A stretch of 64,000 bases of DNA from Rhabdothermincola salaria (GTDB lineage: Bacteria > Actinomycetota > Acidimicrobiia > Acidimicrobiales > Acidimicrobilacustridaceae). The stretch is taken from assembly GCF_021246445.1 (NCBI RefSeq), contig NZ_JAJQXW010000001.1:1382168-1446167 (forward strand), written 5' to 3'. Below, piece by piece: positions 27,746 through 43,309 of this stretch; within the stretch, counting starts at the first letter, position 1; every line of letters starts with the position of its first letter. A model generated the notes under the pieces. That model was given only the letters and a program-made list of their open reading frames with translations, was not told the origin of the DNA and did not search any database. The position numbers and the translations under genes were made by a program.

Positions 27746-30268
27746 ATGGCTCCCCTCGTCCGCGCCACCTACCGGATCCAGCTCACCCCCAGCTTCGGCT
27801 TCGACGCCACCGCCGCGCTGGTGCCCTACCTTGCTCGCCTCGGGATCAGCCACCTCTACACCTCACCCCTCGCCGAGGCCACCCCGGGCAGCACTCACGG
27901 CTACGACGTCACCGACCACCAACTGGTGCGCGAGGAGCTCGGGGGATCCGACGGGCTGCGGCGCCTGTGGCAGACCCTGGCCGACCACGACATGGGCCAG
28001 GTGCTCGACCTGGTGCCCAACCACATGGGCATCCGCTCGCCCTCCAACCGGTGGTGGCAGTCGGTGCTGGCCCGAGGGCGGGACAGCGTCTACGCCCACC
28101 ACTTCGACATCGACTGGCAGACGGGCGGCGAGCTGCACGGCAAGGTGGCGCTGCCCTTCCTCGATCGCCCGCTGGAGCGAGCCATCGCCGACGGAGCCAT
28201 CACCGTCGAAGCCCGCCCGGGCACGGTGGAGCTCGAGGTCCGCCACCACGGCGATCGGTGGTCCGCCTCGGAGGCATCGCTCGAGGTCGTGGGGCTCGGG
28301 GCGGGCGACTGCACCGAGCGGATCCAGGAGGCGCTCGACGCCCTGCACCGAGACCCGTCCCTCCTGGCCGACTTCATCGACGCCCAGCACTGGCGTCCCG
28401 TGCACTGGACGCGCACGGCCGACACGCTCAACTGGCGGCGTTTCTTCGACGTCACCGACCTCGCCGGTGTGCGCATCGAACGGGCCGACGTGTTCGACGA
28501 CGTCCACGACCTGCTCCGGCGGTGGTTGGCCGACGACGACCTGGGCGCCCAGGTGATCCAGGGGGTTCGCATCGATCACGTCGACGGCCTCGTCGATCCC
28601 GAGGGCTACCTCGAACGCCTCCGGGCGCTGGTGGGGCCGGATCGTCTCATCGTGGTCGAGAAGATCCTCGCCGCCGACGAGGTCCTTCCCCCGCACTGGC
28701 CGGTCGACGGCACCACCGGCTACGAGCTCACCGCCCGCATCAGCGAGGTCCTGACCCTCGGTCAGGGCGCCACCGCCCTCACCGAAGCATGGGGCGATCG
28801 CACGGGGACGACCACCTCCTGGCACGACGTCGAGACCGAGAGCCGCGTCGTCGTGCTCGACAACCTGCTCGTCCCCGAGACCCGACGCGCCGCCAAGGCG
28901 CTCGTCGACGCCGTCGATGCCGTCGATCCTCCCCACCACCTCGACCTCGACGAGGCCACCGCCCTGGTCCGCGAGCTGGCCATCGGCTTCGACGTCTACC
29001 GCACCTACCCCGTGCCCGGCACGGACGGGTTGGCCGACACCGACCGCGCCCGGGTCGATGCCGCCGCCGAGCGCCTCCGGCGCCGTCGTCCGGAGCTCGC
29101 CGGGGCGACCTGCGACCTGGTGGTCGACCTCCTGGCCCGGCGTGAGGGCACCGGGGCCGCCGTCGACCGCTTCGTCGTGCGGTTCAACCAGCTCACCGCT
29201 CCGCTCGCGGCCAAGGCGGTGGAGGACACCGGTTTCTACCGCTTCACCCCCCTGCTGTGGATGAACGAGGTCGGCGGCGACCCGACACGGAGCGGGCGTC
29301 ACACCGACGAGCTGCACGCCGCGCTGGCCACGACCGTCGAACGGTGGCCCGGCACCTTCGTGCCCCTCACGACCCACGACACCAAGCGCGGCGCCGATGT
29401 CCGTGCCCGCCTCGGACGGCTGGCCGAGGACCCCGGAGCCTTCACCGAGGCCGTCGGGCGGGCCCGAGCCGGCGTGGCCGAGGCGGCTCCCGACCCGGCG
29501 TTCGAGTGGCTGCTCTGGCAGACGCTCATCGGGGCGTGGCCCATCGACCCCGACCGCAGCCACACCTTCGCCACCAAGGCGATGCGCGAGGCCAAGGCCC
29601 ACACCTCGTGGGTGGCCAACGACGAGGCCTACGAGGAGAGGGTCCACGCCTTCCTCGACCAGGTCCACCGCGACCCCGCGGCCACCGGTGCCATCGGCGC
29701 GCTGGTCGGGCAGCTCCTGGCGGCCGGGCGGGCGGCCTCGCTCGCCCAGGTGGCGCTCGCCGCCACCGCCGCCGGCACCCCCGACATCTACCAGGGCGAC
29801 GAGCTCTGGAACCTGGTGCTGGTGGACCCCGACAACCGGCGACCCGTCGACGCCGACCGCCGGCGCGCCGTGCTGGCCGAGGTCGAGGGCCTCGATGGCG
29901 CCACGCTGGTCGAACGGTGGCAGCGCACCGCCGGCGATCCCACCGACGACGGCGCCGTCAAGGCAGCCGTGCTGCACCGGCTCCTCGGCCTGCGCGCCGG
30001 GCCCTCCCCGATCCTCGACCCCACCAGCTCGTATCGCGCTCTGGCCACCTCGGGCCCCGAAGCCGACGCGGTGCTGGCCTACGGACGCGGCGAACGCCTC
30101 GTCGCCGTGGTGCCTCGACGCTTCGCCACGCCCGTCGATGCCGTGGTCGAAGTGCCGTCCGGCCGCTGGGTCGACCTGCTCACCGGTGACCCCGTCGCCG
30201 CCGGTCCCGTGCCGTGCGCCACCCTCACCGCCCACCTCCCTGTCGCGGTTCTCGTCGCCGCGGCCTGA
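27746..30268 (+). CDS. treY: Malto-oligosyltrehalose synthase
   Basis: ATYRIQL, GSTHGYDV, DLVPNHM, RIDHVDGL, TTHDTKR, LVDPDNRRPVD. Confidence 0.96.
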   Translation: MAPLVRATYRIQLTPSFGFDATAALVPYLARLGISHLYTSPLAEATPGSTHGYDVTDHQLVREELGGSDGLRRLWQTLADHDMGQVLDLVPNHMGIRSPSNRWWQSVLARGRDSVYAHHFDIDWQTGGELHGKVALPFLDRPLERAIADGAITVEARPGTVELEVRHHGDRWSASEASLEVVGLGAGDCTERIQEALDALHRDPSLLADFIDAQHWRPVHWTRTADTLNWRRFFDVTDLAGVRIERADVFDDVHDLLRRWLADDDLGAQVIQGVRIDHVDGLVDPEGYLERLRALVGPDRLIVVEKILAADEVLPPHWPVDGTTGYELTARISEVLTLGQGATALTEAWGDRTGTTTSWHDVETESRVVVLDNLLVPETRRAAKALVDAVDAVDPPHHLDLDEATALVRELAIGFDVYRTYPVPGTDGLADTDRARVDAAAERLRRRRPELAGATCDLVVDLLARREGTGAAVDRFVVRFNQLTAPLAAKAVEDTGFYRFTPLLWMNEVGGDPTRSGRHTDELHAALATTVERWPGTFVPLTTHDTKRGADVRARLGRLAEDPGAFTEAVGRARAGVAEAAPDPAFEWLLWQTLIGAWPIDPDRSHTFATKAMREAKAHTSWVANDEAYEERVHAFLDQVHRDPAATGAIGALVGQLLAAGRAASLAQVALAATAAGTPDIYQGDELWNLVLVDPDNRRPVDADRRRAVLAEVEGLDGATLVERWQRTAGDPTDDGAVKAAVLHRLLGLRAGPSPILDPTSSYRALATSGPEADAVLAYGRGERLVAVVPRRFATPVDAVVEVPSGRWVDLLTGDPVAAGPVPCATLTAHLPVAVLVAAA

Positions 30269-30274
30269 ACGGGC

Positions 30275-30949
30275 TCAGGTCGGCGTCGCGGTCCGCTCGG
30301 GATCGAGGACCTTGTCGAGCGCGAGCTCGACCGGGATGATGAGCAGCCAGGTCCACATGGCCAGGGTTCCGCTCACGAAGGCCACCGGTATCGACGCCAG
30401 GAACACCGCCGTCGGTACCAACCCGGCCACGACCAGCCGACGGCGCTGGGCCCGGTTCCGTTCGATCCGAAGGCAGTCGTTGGCGTCGGCGACCACGTCG
30501 ACCACGACCTCCATCGTGCTCACCACCGCGAGCGCGACCGCCTGGAGGACCACAGCCGCTGTCTGGCCGTCGTAGCGACCCAGCACGGCCATGGGGAAGG
30601 GCAGGAAGGCCACCGAGCCGAGGTAGACCACGTTGGCGAACATCACCGGCGGCACGATCGAGCCGTAGGTCGACCACTGCGAATGGTGGGCCATCCAGAA
30701 GCGGCCGATCAGCACCACGGTGATGGTGAAGGCGATGATGGCCGGCACCTGGTCGCCCAGGCCGTCGCTGAGGCTCTGGCCGGAGGCCAGCGTCGGCACC
30801 GTGATGCCGGTGACGAGCAGCGTGAGGGCGAAGCCGAAGACGCCGTCGCTCAGGTTCAACAGGCGGGCGAACTCGAGCGAATCACGCGTCCAGCGGCCCT
30901 GGCGCAGGCCGGCCTGGAGCTCGGCCCCGGTCTCGCGCTCGTCCCCCAT
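30275..30949 (-). CDS. TMEM175 family (DUF1211) membrane protein, possible K+ channel
   Basis: RLLNLSDGVFGFALTLL, FWMAHH, about 6 TM segments. Confidence 0.88.
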   Translation of the reverse strand: MGDERETGAELQAGLRQGRWTRDSLEFARLLNLSDGVFGFALTLLVTGITVPTLASGQSLSDGLGDQVPAIIAFTITVVLIGRFWMAHHSQWSTYGSIVPPVMFANVVYLGSVAFLPFPMAVLGRYDGQTAAVVLQAVALAVVSTMEVVVDVVADANDCLRIERNRAQRRRLVVAGLVPTAVFLASIPVAFVSGTLAMWTWLLIIPVELALDKVLDPERTATPT

Positions 30950-31038
30950 GAGGCGGACGCTAACGCCTCACACCCGTCCGATCGGCCACACCGACACGTG
31001 CGCTCCTCACCCCCGCACCGTGACGGGCGTCGACGAGG

Positions 31039-31872
31039 TCAGCTCCGCCGGCGGGAGCCCAGCTGGTCCGGGGTGGGCGGTGGCGCGTCGAGCACGGCCG
31101 CCCAGTCGACGGTCGCCTCCCCCGCCGATCGGCCCCCTCGGAGCCCGAAGAGCCGTTTCGCCCAGATGAGGTAGGCCAGCACCAGGAGGTTGACGGTCAG
31201 CGTGGCGACCTTGACCGCGCTCACGCCCTCCACCAGCTCTCGCACCTCGAGGGGCAGGAAGATCGCGGTGGCCACGACCGTGAGGTACTCGGCCCAGCGC
31301 TTCTCGAGCCAGAGGCCGATGGCCTCGGTGCCCTCCATCACGGCGAACAGCGCCGACGCCACGAGCAGCACCCGCACCGTGTCGCCCTGCAGGCTGGCCA
31401 GCTCCTCCAGGCGCTCGGCCGCCCAGGAGTGGGCGCCGCCCCGACTGGATCCCGCCACGGCGTCGGTGAGCCCGTCGGCCATGGAGCGGGCGTCGGCCCG
31501 CAGACCGCCGAGGTCGGTGTCGACCAGGGCGAGCGCGACGGCCAACAGGGTGAACACCACGAAGTGGCCGAAGCGCTCGATGGCGATGAAGCGGGTGATG
31601 ATGGCGTCGTCGAGCGCCTTCCCGCGGCGGGGCCGGGGCAGGGCGTCGAGCGGGGGGAGCCGATCCCAGGTGGCGGAAGCCGACGTGGGGGGCTCGCTGC
31701 GCAACCAGTTGTCGCAGCGCAGGCAGCGGCTGAGCCGGGCGCCGTCCGGGGCGTCGACGGCGAGGTCGTGGTCGTCGTCGGTGACGATCCGCGCTCGGGC
31801 ACCGGGGGCGACGTGGCCCCGTATCGCGCAGGTGAGCGCTTCGGCGTCCCAACGCCGAGGCAGGGGTCGCAC
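31039..31872 (-). CDS. DUF2127 family membrane protein
   Basis: N-terminal C..GH/CLRC, EAIGLWLEKRWAEYLTVVATAIFLPLEVREL. Confidence 0.85.
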   Translation of the reverse strand: MRPLPRRWDAEALTCAIRGHVAPGARARIVTDDDHDLAVDAPDGARLSRCLRCDNWLRSEPPTSASATWDRLPPLDALPRPRRGKALDDAIITRFIAIERFGHFVVFTLLAVALALVDTDLGGLRADARSMADGLTDAVAGSSRGGAHSWAAERLEELASLQGDTVRVLLVASALFAVMEGTEAIGLWLEKRWAEYLTVVATAIFLPLEVRELVEGVSAVKVATLTVNLLVLAYLIWAKRLFGLRGGRSAGEATVDWAAVLDAPPPTPDQLGSRRRS

Positions 31873-31904
31873 GGTTCAGCCGCCCGCCGGGCCGGGCCGC
31901 TGGC

Positions 31905-33557
31905 TCAACCCACGGCGGCCGGTGAGGGAGCCTCGTCCTCGACCGGTTCGTCGATCCGTTCTCGACCCAGGCGCCGCTCGAAGCGGGACGCGAAGCGCTG
32001 GGCCCCGAAGGCCATGCCGGTCACGAGGACGACGACCCCGAGGCCGAGCAGGTGCTGGTACTCGGTGAGGTAGTCGACCGGGATGACCGAGGTCGGCCAC
32101 ACGAACCAGCTGATGGCGAGGCACACCATGAGGTACGAGGGGCGGTAGCGGCCCAGTCCGACCGCGGCGAGCAGGGCGAAGCCCGCCGGCAGGTACCACG
32201 GCCACAGCACGGGGCCGAGGAGCACGTAGGCGACCAGGATGACCCCGGTGGCCTTGACGATGCCGATGCGGGGGCTGCGCAGCATCATGACCAACCCGAG
32301 GGCCGCAGTGCCGAGGAGGCCCAGGATGCGCCACCCGGCGCCCACGGCGTCGGGGCTCACGGGGAGCCCGACCCAGGTCATGACCTCACCGAGGCTGAAG
32401 CCGATCTTGGTGGTGGGTGAGAAGGTGGTGGTGACCTTGCCGGTGGACTCGAGGGCGGTGATCCACCCGATGCCGACCCCGGTGGCCAGGCAGGCGACGG
32501 CGATGAGCCCGGCGGCGGCCGCCACGACGGTTGCGGTGGTGGCGATGCGCTGGCGGAACGTGGCCACCAGGCCGGGCCAGGTCCAACCGAGGTAGACGAG
32601 GCCCACCGCGGCGGGGAGCTTGATGGCGGTGGCCGCGGTCATCAGGACCAGGGCCAGCACCCGTTTGTCGCGTTGGGCGGCGGCCAGGCCGAGAGCCAGG
32701 AACCCGAACATGAGGGCGTCGTTGTGGATGCCGCCGATGAGGTAGAGCGTCACGAGCGGGTTGCCGATGCCGATGGCGACGGCCACAACCGGGTCGATCC
32801 CCGATCGGGCGGCGATGAGGGCCACACCGACGGCACCCATGATCACGCCGATGACCATGACCCCCCGGAACAGCCACACGGAACTGGCGGGGTCGTGACC
32901 GGAGGCCTCGACGACGGCCTCGCCCACGCCGATGGCCACCGGGCCGTAGGGGGCGGGGGCAGCCCGCCAGACCGGGTCGACCTGGCGCAGCCAGTCGCCG
33001 CGCCCGAGGGCGATGGGGCCGGTGGAGGTGGGGTCGATGCCCTGGCTGGCCATCTCGCCCTGGGCGGCGTAGCTGTAGACGTCGTTGGACAGCAGCGGCG
33101 GTCCCACGAGGAAGGGCAGGCACCACAGCGCCATGACGGCCGCGATCGTGGCCATGCGGCGACGACGATCGCCGGGTCGTCCGGCCCGGGCGATGAGGCC
33201 CAGCCATCCGAGGCCCAGCAGGACGAGACCACCGACGAAGAGGGCGGCGGACTGCATGGTGGTGCCGGGGTGGGGGATGAACGGGAGGGTGAAGCGCCAG
33301 GAGGGCACCGCCAGACGCCACACCGGGGCCGAGGTGGAGATGAGCACGGCGCCGAGGAAACCGGCCAGCGCCACCAGCACGGTGAGCCACGGGCGTCGGG
33401 CCTCGGTGCGAGCGGGCCGCCACGGCGAGATCTCCGAGTGGGCCAACGGCGCATCGGGGTGCCGTCCGTAGAGCAGGTCGCGACCCCGGTCGACGAGATG
33501 TCGGAGTTCTGCAGATCCGGCCACGGCGGCGCGGGCGCGTTCGATCGTCGTGGCCAC
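31905..33557 (-). CDS. mptB: Polyprenol-phosphomannose-dependent alpha-1,6-mannosyltransferase (GT-C)
   Basis: PPLLSNDVYSY, APYGP, NPLV..HNDALM, WPWY; many TM helices. Confidence 0.85.
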   Translation of the reverse strand: MATTIERARAAVAGSAELRHLVDRGRDLLYGRHPDAPLAHSEISPWRPARTEARRPWLTVLVALAGFLGAVLISTSAPVWRLAVPSWRFTLPFIPHPGTTMQSAALFVGGLVLLGLGWLGLIARAGRPGDRRRRMATIAAVMALWCLPFLVGPPLLSNDVYSYAAQGEMASQGIDPTSTGPIALGRGDWLRQVDPVWRAAPAPYGPVAIGVGEAVVEASGHDPASSVWLFRGVMVIGVIMGAVGVALIAARSGIDPVVAVAIGIGNPLVTLYLIGGIHNDALMFGFLALGLAAAQRDKRVLALVLMTAATAIKLPAAVGLVYLGWTWPGLVATFRQRIATTATVVAAAAGLIAVACLATGVGIGWITALESTGKVTTTFSPTTKIGFSLGEVMTWVGLPVSPDAVGAGWRILGLLGTAALGLVMMLRSPRIGIVKATGVILVAYVLLGPVLWPWYLPAGFALLAAVGLGRYRPSYLMVCLAISWFVWPTSVIPVDYLTEYQHLLGLGVVVLVTGMAFGAQRFASRFERRLGRERIDEPVEDEAPSPAAVG

Positions 33558-33640
33558 GGATCGAGGGTAGCCCGGTGGCGTGGTCGCCGCGCGGCAGATG
33601 AAAACCCGAACCCCCTGGTCAGAGGCTTGTGTGCCCTCCG

Positions 33641-35562
<1,922 letters not shown>

Positions 35563-35566
<4 letters not shown>

Positions 35567-37701
35567 CGGGATTCCTCCTGGGCCCGGGAGTGGGCCGCCA
35601 GTCGGGCGGACTGCAACGCCTCGAGCGCAGCCCGGATGTCCGGGTCGGCGTCGAGGTCGCGGATCGGTCGGGGGAGCTTGCGCACCCAGTTCGGGCGGTC
35701 GAGGCCCGTGCCGGGCACGTTCTGGGGCTCGGTCTCGCCGAGCAGGTCGTCGACGCCGACGAGCACGGTCGCGGCCGGGCTGGCGCCCAGCTGGGCGACC
35801 AGCGCCACCAGCGTGTCGTGGGTGTCGGCGGGTTCACCGAGGAGACCGGCACGCTGCAGCGCGGCCATGAGCCGGTCCACGTCGCGCTGACGCTCCCCGT
35901 AGGCTCGGCCCGCCGATCGCTCGTCGAGCAGCCCCATCTGCTTGCGGATCTCGATGTCGAGCCCGCTCATCCAACCGGCGAAGGTCGGCGTGTCGTGGGT
36001 GTCGATGCTGGCGACCTGGCGGTCGGTGGGAGCGGGGACGGGCCCTCCGTCGTTGGGCAGCTGGAACTGGCTGACGTACATGCCGAGCAACCCGTGGTGG
36101 CCCATGGCCTCACGCACCTCGTCGGGGACGGTGCCCAGGTCTTCGCCGATCACCCGGCAGTCGTGGCGCGCCGACTCCACCGACAGCACGGCGAAGAGCT
36201 CCTCGCGCGGGTAGCGCACGTAGACGCCGTCGCGAGCGTCGGCCCCGTCGGGCACCCAGAAGAGGCGGTGCAGCCCCATCACGTGGTCGAGTCGCAACAC
36301 CCCGGCGGCGCGCATGTGGTGGCGCAGGCAGGCGGCCAAGTGACGGTGGCCCTGCTCCCTCGACGCCATCGGCGAGACGGGCGGGAAGCCCCAGTTCTGC
36401 CCTTCGCTGAAGAAGTCGTCGGGCGGGGCCCCCACCCCGCACCCCCAGCCGTACAGGTCGGGATGGGACCAGGTGTCGAACCCGTCGCCGTGGGTGCCCA
36501 CGGGCAGGTCGAGGTAGAGGCGCTGTCCGTTGTCGCCGAGCTGGGCGGCCACGTCGGCCATCTGGCGCTGCATGGTCCACTGCACGTACTGGTGGAACCG
36601 GGCCTCGGGGCCGTCCACGTCGGTGCCGTCGGGGAGGCGTCCCGGCCCGGTGCCCCAGGCGTGCCAGCCCGTGCCGGTTCGGTCGGTCGCCGCCCGGAAG
36701 GCGGCGTAGCCCCGGACAGTCGGGCGGGCGGACATCCATCGGTCGAAGCCGGCGCGGCCGGACTCCGGCCCGGAGAAGAACGTGGCGGCCAGCTCCTCGA
36801 GCACGGGACGCAGGATGCGGTACTGCGCCCGGTGGTCGAAGCGGTCGGCCTCGGCCCGCTCGGCGATGGCGCGTTGGACGGCCGGCTCGGCCAGCAAGGC
36901 CCGCGCCGCGGGGCTGGCCGCCAGCTCGGGCGCGGCGTGCAGGTCGAGGTAGAGCTCGTTCCAGAAGCGTTGGCTCACCGGCGTGTAGGGGCTCGGATCG
37001 AAGGGGGCGTCGAGGTAGGTGGCGAGCATCGGCAGGGTGCCGACCACCTTGCCGCCCTGGTGGCCGATCCAACGGCCGAGCTCGACCAGCTCGCCCACGT
37101 GGGGACCCACGGCCATGGTGGGGCGCAGGGCGTAGAGGGGGGCGATGACCCCCCAGGTGCGCTCGTCCCAGGCCGGCTGGGCAACCCGGCGAGGTGCGAC
37201 GACGAGGGTCGCCTGGTGGCGCTGCGCCCCCCACTCGACCGTCAGGCGGTGGTAGCCGACGGGCAGCGCGTCGGGGATGTCGAGCGTGACGCGGCGCACC
37301 GAGTGGGTCACTCCCCCGCCGTGGCGGTGGCCGACCTCGATGGACTCGGCCAGATCGGCCCGACCCTCGACGTCGCCCCCGCCGTGCTCCAGCGCGACGT
37401 GGAAGGCCAAGGTGTCGTCGACGCCGGCCAAGGGGACGCAGACCTCGATCTCGAGGTGGGCGTCCTCGGCCCACCACACGACCACCGGAGCGATCAGTCG
37501 GACCCCGTTGGCCTCGACGTGGCGACGCAGCTCCATCAGGTCGGCCGACTCGTCCACGGGCGCGCCCATGGCCGACAGGACGGCCCGGAGGGCATCGGGC
37601 GTGGCCTCGTGGCGGTTGCCCGCCGTGTCCCAGTAGGAACCCTCGACGCCGAGGGCCCCGGCCAGCGAGCTCAGGTCGCCCGGGTCGACGGCCGTGCTCA
37701 C
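35563..37701 (-). CDS. malQ: 4-alpha-glucanotransferase (GH77)
   Basis: [40 protein letters not shown]. Confidence 0.94.
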
Positions 37702-40700
37702 GCGGGGGCCTCGTCCTCGGCGGCGATCAGTTGCAGGACACCCCTGAGGGGGATGGCTGCCCAATCGGGCCGGTTGTTGAGCTCGTAGCGCACCTCGTAG
37801 AGCGCTTTGTCGAGGGTGTAGGCGGTGAGCAGCGAGGCCACGTCGCCCTGGTCGGCGGGCACGAACGGGGACTCGCCGGCGGCGTCGAGGTACCCGGCGA
37901 GGAAGCGCACGGTCACCCAGTGCTGCCACACCCGTCCGCGACGGGTCATGGCGTCTCGCTGCTCGAGCGGGAGCAGGCCGCGTTCCTCGAGCGCCCGCAG
38001 GGCGGCGACGCGGGCGTACTGGAACGAGCGCATCATCCCGGCGACGTCGGTGAGCGCCCCCCGCTTGATGCGGCGCTCCGTGGGCGAGCGCGACGGCTCC
38101 CCCTCGAAGTCGATGATCACGAACTCCCGTCCGGCGTGCAGGACCTGGCCGAGGTGGTAGTCGCCGTGGACGCGGATGCGATGGGTGTCGATGCGGTGAT
38201 CGCGCAGGGCGTCGAAGCGCTCGAGGATGGACCCCTCGCTCTCGAGCGCCAGCTCGGCGAGCGGACGGGTGCGGTCGTCGAGGTGGGCCAGGCTGCGGCG
38301 CACCATCGACAGCGTGGGGCGCACCTGCGAACGCATCGACTGGTAGAGGGAGCGCTGATAGAGGGTGGTGAAGGGCTCGGGGGCGAACGCCTCGTCGAGA
38401 CCGCTGGCCAGCGAGTGGTGCAACTCGGCGGTGCGCCGGCCGAGCAGCTCGGCGGAGTCGAGGAAGGGGCCGATGGCGTCGGCGGCCACCTGTGGCACCT
38501 CGCCTCCGACCGAGTCGAGGATGGTGGACCACGCCGGCACCGCCAACTCGTCGTCGGGGATGGTCTGCAGCGCCGACTCGTAGAAGAGGCTGAGCTGGTC
38601 GAGGCTGTAGTGCCAGGCGTCGCCCTCGTTGGCCACGTAGGCCGAGAGCAGGGCGATGGTGCGCGGCTCGCTGCGCGCCCCCTTCTGGTACTCCAGGGCG
38701 CCGAGCAGCGGCGCGGTGTGCTCGAAGCCGGCCTGCTCGGTGAGGAAGCGCCCGATCTCGAGGTCCGGGTTGACGCCCTCCTGGGCCCGCCGGAAGAGCT
38801 TCATGACGACCCGGTGCCCGAACATCGCCGAGGTGTTGCTCTGCTCGGCTCCGGAAGGTTGCACGGCGAGGTCCTCGTGGGTGGCCCCGCTCACGGCCCG
38901 GCGGAAGCGCGGGTTCACGCTGGCCCGGAGCTCGGCGCCACCGAACGACGTGAAGCTGCGCCGCTTGGCGAAGCCGTCGAGGGTGGCCTCGAGGAACCCG
39001 GTGTCGACCAGTGCGTCGTGGAGGAAGACCCGCTCCCCCGTGGCCCGGTTGTCGATCCAGGCCACCCCGCAGTTGGGGTGATCGGCCAACAGCTGGTCGG
39101 CCCGCCCCGTGGAGGCGACGGTGAGGGGCAGGACGTAGGTCTCGGACTCGCCCTGGGTGTAGTCGAGGTGGGCGAGCACCATGAAGGCCTCAGCCCGGTT
39201 CTTGCGGGTGCGGGGTGCGGACAGCGGCACCACGTCGAGGATGTCGACGGCGCGGATCTTGCGGGCCTTGCCTGCGTACCAGCGGTTGTGGGCGAGGAAC
39301 TGCGGCAACGCCTTCTCGAGCCCGGCCCGGCCGCGCCCCCGGAACACCGAGCGCCAGTCGTTGGCGACCGTGAGGGTGGCCAGGTCGCGCCCGTCGTGGA
39401 ACTCGGGGCCGCCGCCGTCGCTGCGCTGGCTCTCCAGCGAGAACCAGTAGAAGCCGTAGGGGCCGAGGGTCAGCTGGTACGGGCCCTCCTGGATCGGTGC
39501 GAACTCCGTGTGGCCGAAGAGCTCGACGGGTACGGCGCCGCGGAACTCGTGGAGGTCGAGGGTCACCGCGGTGGCGAAGCGGGAGAGGTTGGCGACCACC
39601 ATCACCGTCTCGTTCTCGTCGCGCCGCAAGAAGGCCAGGACCTTGCCGTTCTCGGGCAGGAGGAACTCGATCTCACCACGCCCGAAGACGCGGTGCTGGC
39701 TGCGCAGGGCGATGAGACGACGCATCCACCACAACAGCGAGCTGGGGTTGCTGGCCTGGGCTTCGACGTTGACCGTCTCGTAGTGGTACTCGGGGTCGAT
39801 GATGACCGGGAGGAAGAGCTTCTGGGGGTTGGCCTGCGAGAAGCCGGCGTTGCGGTCCGGGCTCCACTGCATCGGCGTGCGCACCGCGTCACGGTCCCCG
39901 AGATAGACGTTGTCGCCCATCCCCAGCTCGTCGCCGTAGTAGATGACAGGCGTGCCCGGCAGCGCGAACAGCAGCCCGTTCATGAGCTCGATCTTGCGCC
40001 GGTCGTTCTGCATCAGCGGCGCCAGCCGGCGCCGGATGCCCACGTTCACGCGCATCTGCGGTTCGGCGGCGTAGGCGCGGTACATGTAATCGCGCTCTTC
40101 GTCGGTGACCATCTCGAGGGTGAGCTCGTCGTGGTTGCGCAGGAAGATGGCCCACTGGGACGTCTCGGGGATGTCGGGCGTCTGCTGGAGGATGTCGATG
40201 ACCGGGTAGCGGTCCTCCATGCGCAACGCCATGAAGAGCCGGGGCATCAAGGGGAAGTGGAAGGCCGTGTGGCACTCGTCGCCTTCGCCCTCGCCGAAGT
40301 AGGCGACGGCGTCCTCGGGCCACTGGTTGGCCTCGCCCAGCAGCATGCGGTTGGGGAACGCCTCGTCGACGTGGGCGCGCAGGTCCTTCAGGAACTGGTG
40401 GGTCTCGGGGAGGTTCTCGCAGTTCGTGCCCTCCCGCTCGAACAGGTAGGGCACGGCGTCGAGCCGCACACCGTCGACGCCCATCTCCAACCATTTGTCG
40501 ACGACGCGCAACATCGTGTCGCGCACCTCGGGGTTGTCGTAGTTGAGGTCGGGCTGATGGGAGAAGAAGCGGTGCCAGTAGTACGACTGGGCGACCGGGT
40601 CCCACGTCCAGTTCGAGGTCTCGTAGTCCTCGAAGATGATGCGCACCCCCGGGTAGCGGTCGGGGGTGTCGTTCCACACGTAGAAGTCGCGCCAGCGGCT

Positions 40701-41078
40701 GCCCGGCTTGGCCCTTCTCGCCCGCTGGAACCACGGGTGCTGATCGGACGTGTGGTTGAGCACCAGCTCGGTGATGACCCGCAGCCCACGCCGATGGGCC
40801 TCCTTCAAGAACCGCTTGAAGGAGCGCAGGTCGCCGTAGCTGGGGTTGATGTCGGCGTAGTCGGCGATGTCGTAGCCGTCGTCGCGCAACGGCGACGGGT
40901 AGAAGGGCAGCAACCACAGCGCGGTGACGCCGAGCTGTTGGAGGTAGTCGAGCTTGGCCGTCAGACCGTCGAAGTCGCCGATGCCGTCGCCGTCGGAGTC
41001 GCCGAACGCTCGGACGTGCAACTCGTAGATGACGGCATCCTTGTACCAGTCCTTCTGGTCGGCGGACTCTTCGATCAT
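37698..41078 (-). CDS. treS: Trehalose synthase fused to maltokinase (TreS-Pep2/Mak)
   Basis: GH13 region ([29 protein letters not shown]) plus kinase region ([23 protein letters not shown]). Confidence 0.96.
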   Translation of the reverse strand: MIEESADQKDWYKDAVIYELHVRAFGDSDGDGIGDFDGLTAKLDYLQQLGVTALWLLPFYPSPLRDDGYDIADYADINPSYGDLRSFKRFLKEAHRRGLRVITELVLNHTSDQHPWFQRARRAKPGSRWRDFYVWNDTPDRYPGVRIIFEDYETSNWTWDPVAQSYYWHRFFSHQPDLNYDNPEVRDTMLRVVDKWLEMGVDGVRLDAVPYLFEREGTNCENLPETHQFLKDLRAHVDEAFPNRMLLGEANQWPEDAVAYFGEGEGDECHTAFHFPLMPRLFMALRMEDRYPVIDILQQTPDIPETSQWAIFLRNHDELTLEMVTDEERDYMYRAYAAEPQMRVNVGIRRRLAPLMQNDRRKIELMNGLLFALPGTPVIYYGDELGMGDNVYLGDRDAVRTPMQWSPDRNAGFSQANPQKLFLPVIIDPEYHYETVNVEAQASNPSSLLWWMRRLIALRSQHRVFGRGEIEFLLPENGKVLAFLRRDENETVMVVANLSRFATAVTLDLHEFRGAVPVELFGHTEFAPIQEGPYQLTLGPYGFYWFSLESQRSDGGGPEFHDGRDLATLTVANDWRSVFRGRGRAGLEKALPQFLAHNRWYAGKARKIRAVDILDVVPLSAPRTRKNRAEAFMVLAHLDYTQGESETYVLPLTVASTGRADQLLADHPNCGVAWIDNRATGERVFLHDALVDTGFLEATLDGFAKRRSFTSFGGAELRASVNPRFRRAVSGATHEDLAVQPSGAEQSNTSAMFGHRVVMKLFRRAQEGVNPDLEIGRFLTEQAGFEHTAPLLGALEYQKGARSEPRTIALLSAYVANEGDAWHYSLDQLSLFYESALQTIPDDELAVPAWSTILDSVGGEVPQVAADAIGPFLDSAELLGRRTAELHHSLASGLDEAFAPEPFTTLYQRSLYQSMRSQVRPTLSMVRRSLAHLDDRTRPLAELALESEGSILERFDALRDHRIDTHRIRVHGDYHLGQVLHAGREFVIIDFEGEPSRSPTERRIKRGALTDVAGMMRSFQYARVAALRALEERGLLPLEQRDAMTRRGRVWQHWVTVRFLAGYLDAAGESPFVPADQGDVASLLTAYTLDKALYEVRYELNNRPDWAAIPLRGVLQLIAAEDEAPA

Positions 41079-41127
41079 GGGCGCGTATCCCCGTGCGTGT
41101 CTGGAGGGCGGATGGAGCAGATGTCGA

Positions 41128-43221
<2,094 letters not shown>

Positions 43222-43309
43222 GGTCTCCTACCCAGGGGCTGGCATGGTCGTGCACCGACCTTGGCCGGTGATCGTGGACGGCGGGCGTCGGGAGCGTGAA
43301 CGTCGTGGG

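Noticed and set aside
37698..41078. TreS-maltokinase fusion as a novelty
   Set aside because: A common, well-described fusion in GlgE pathway loci
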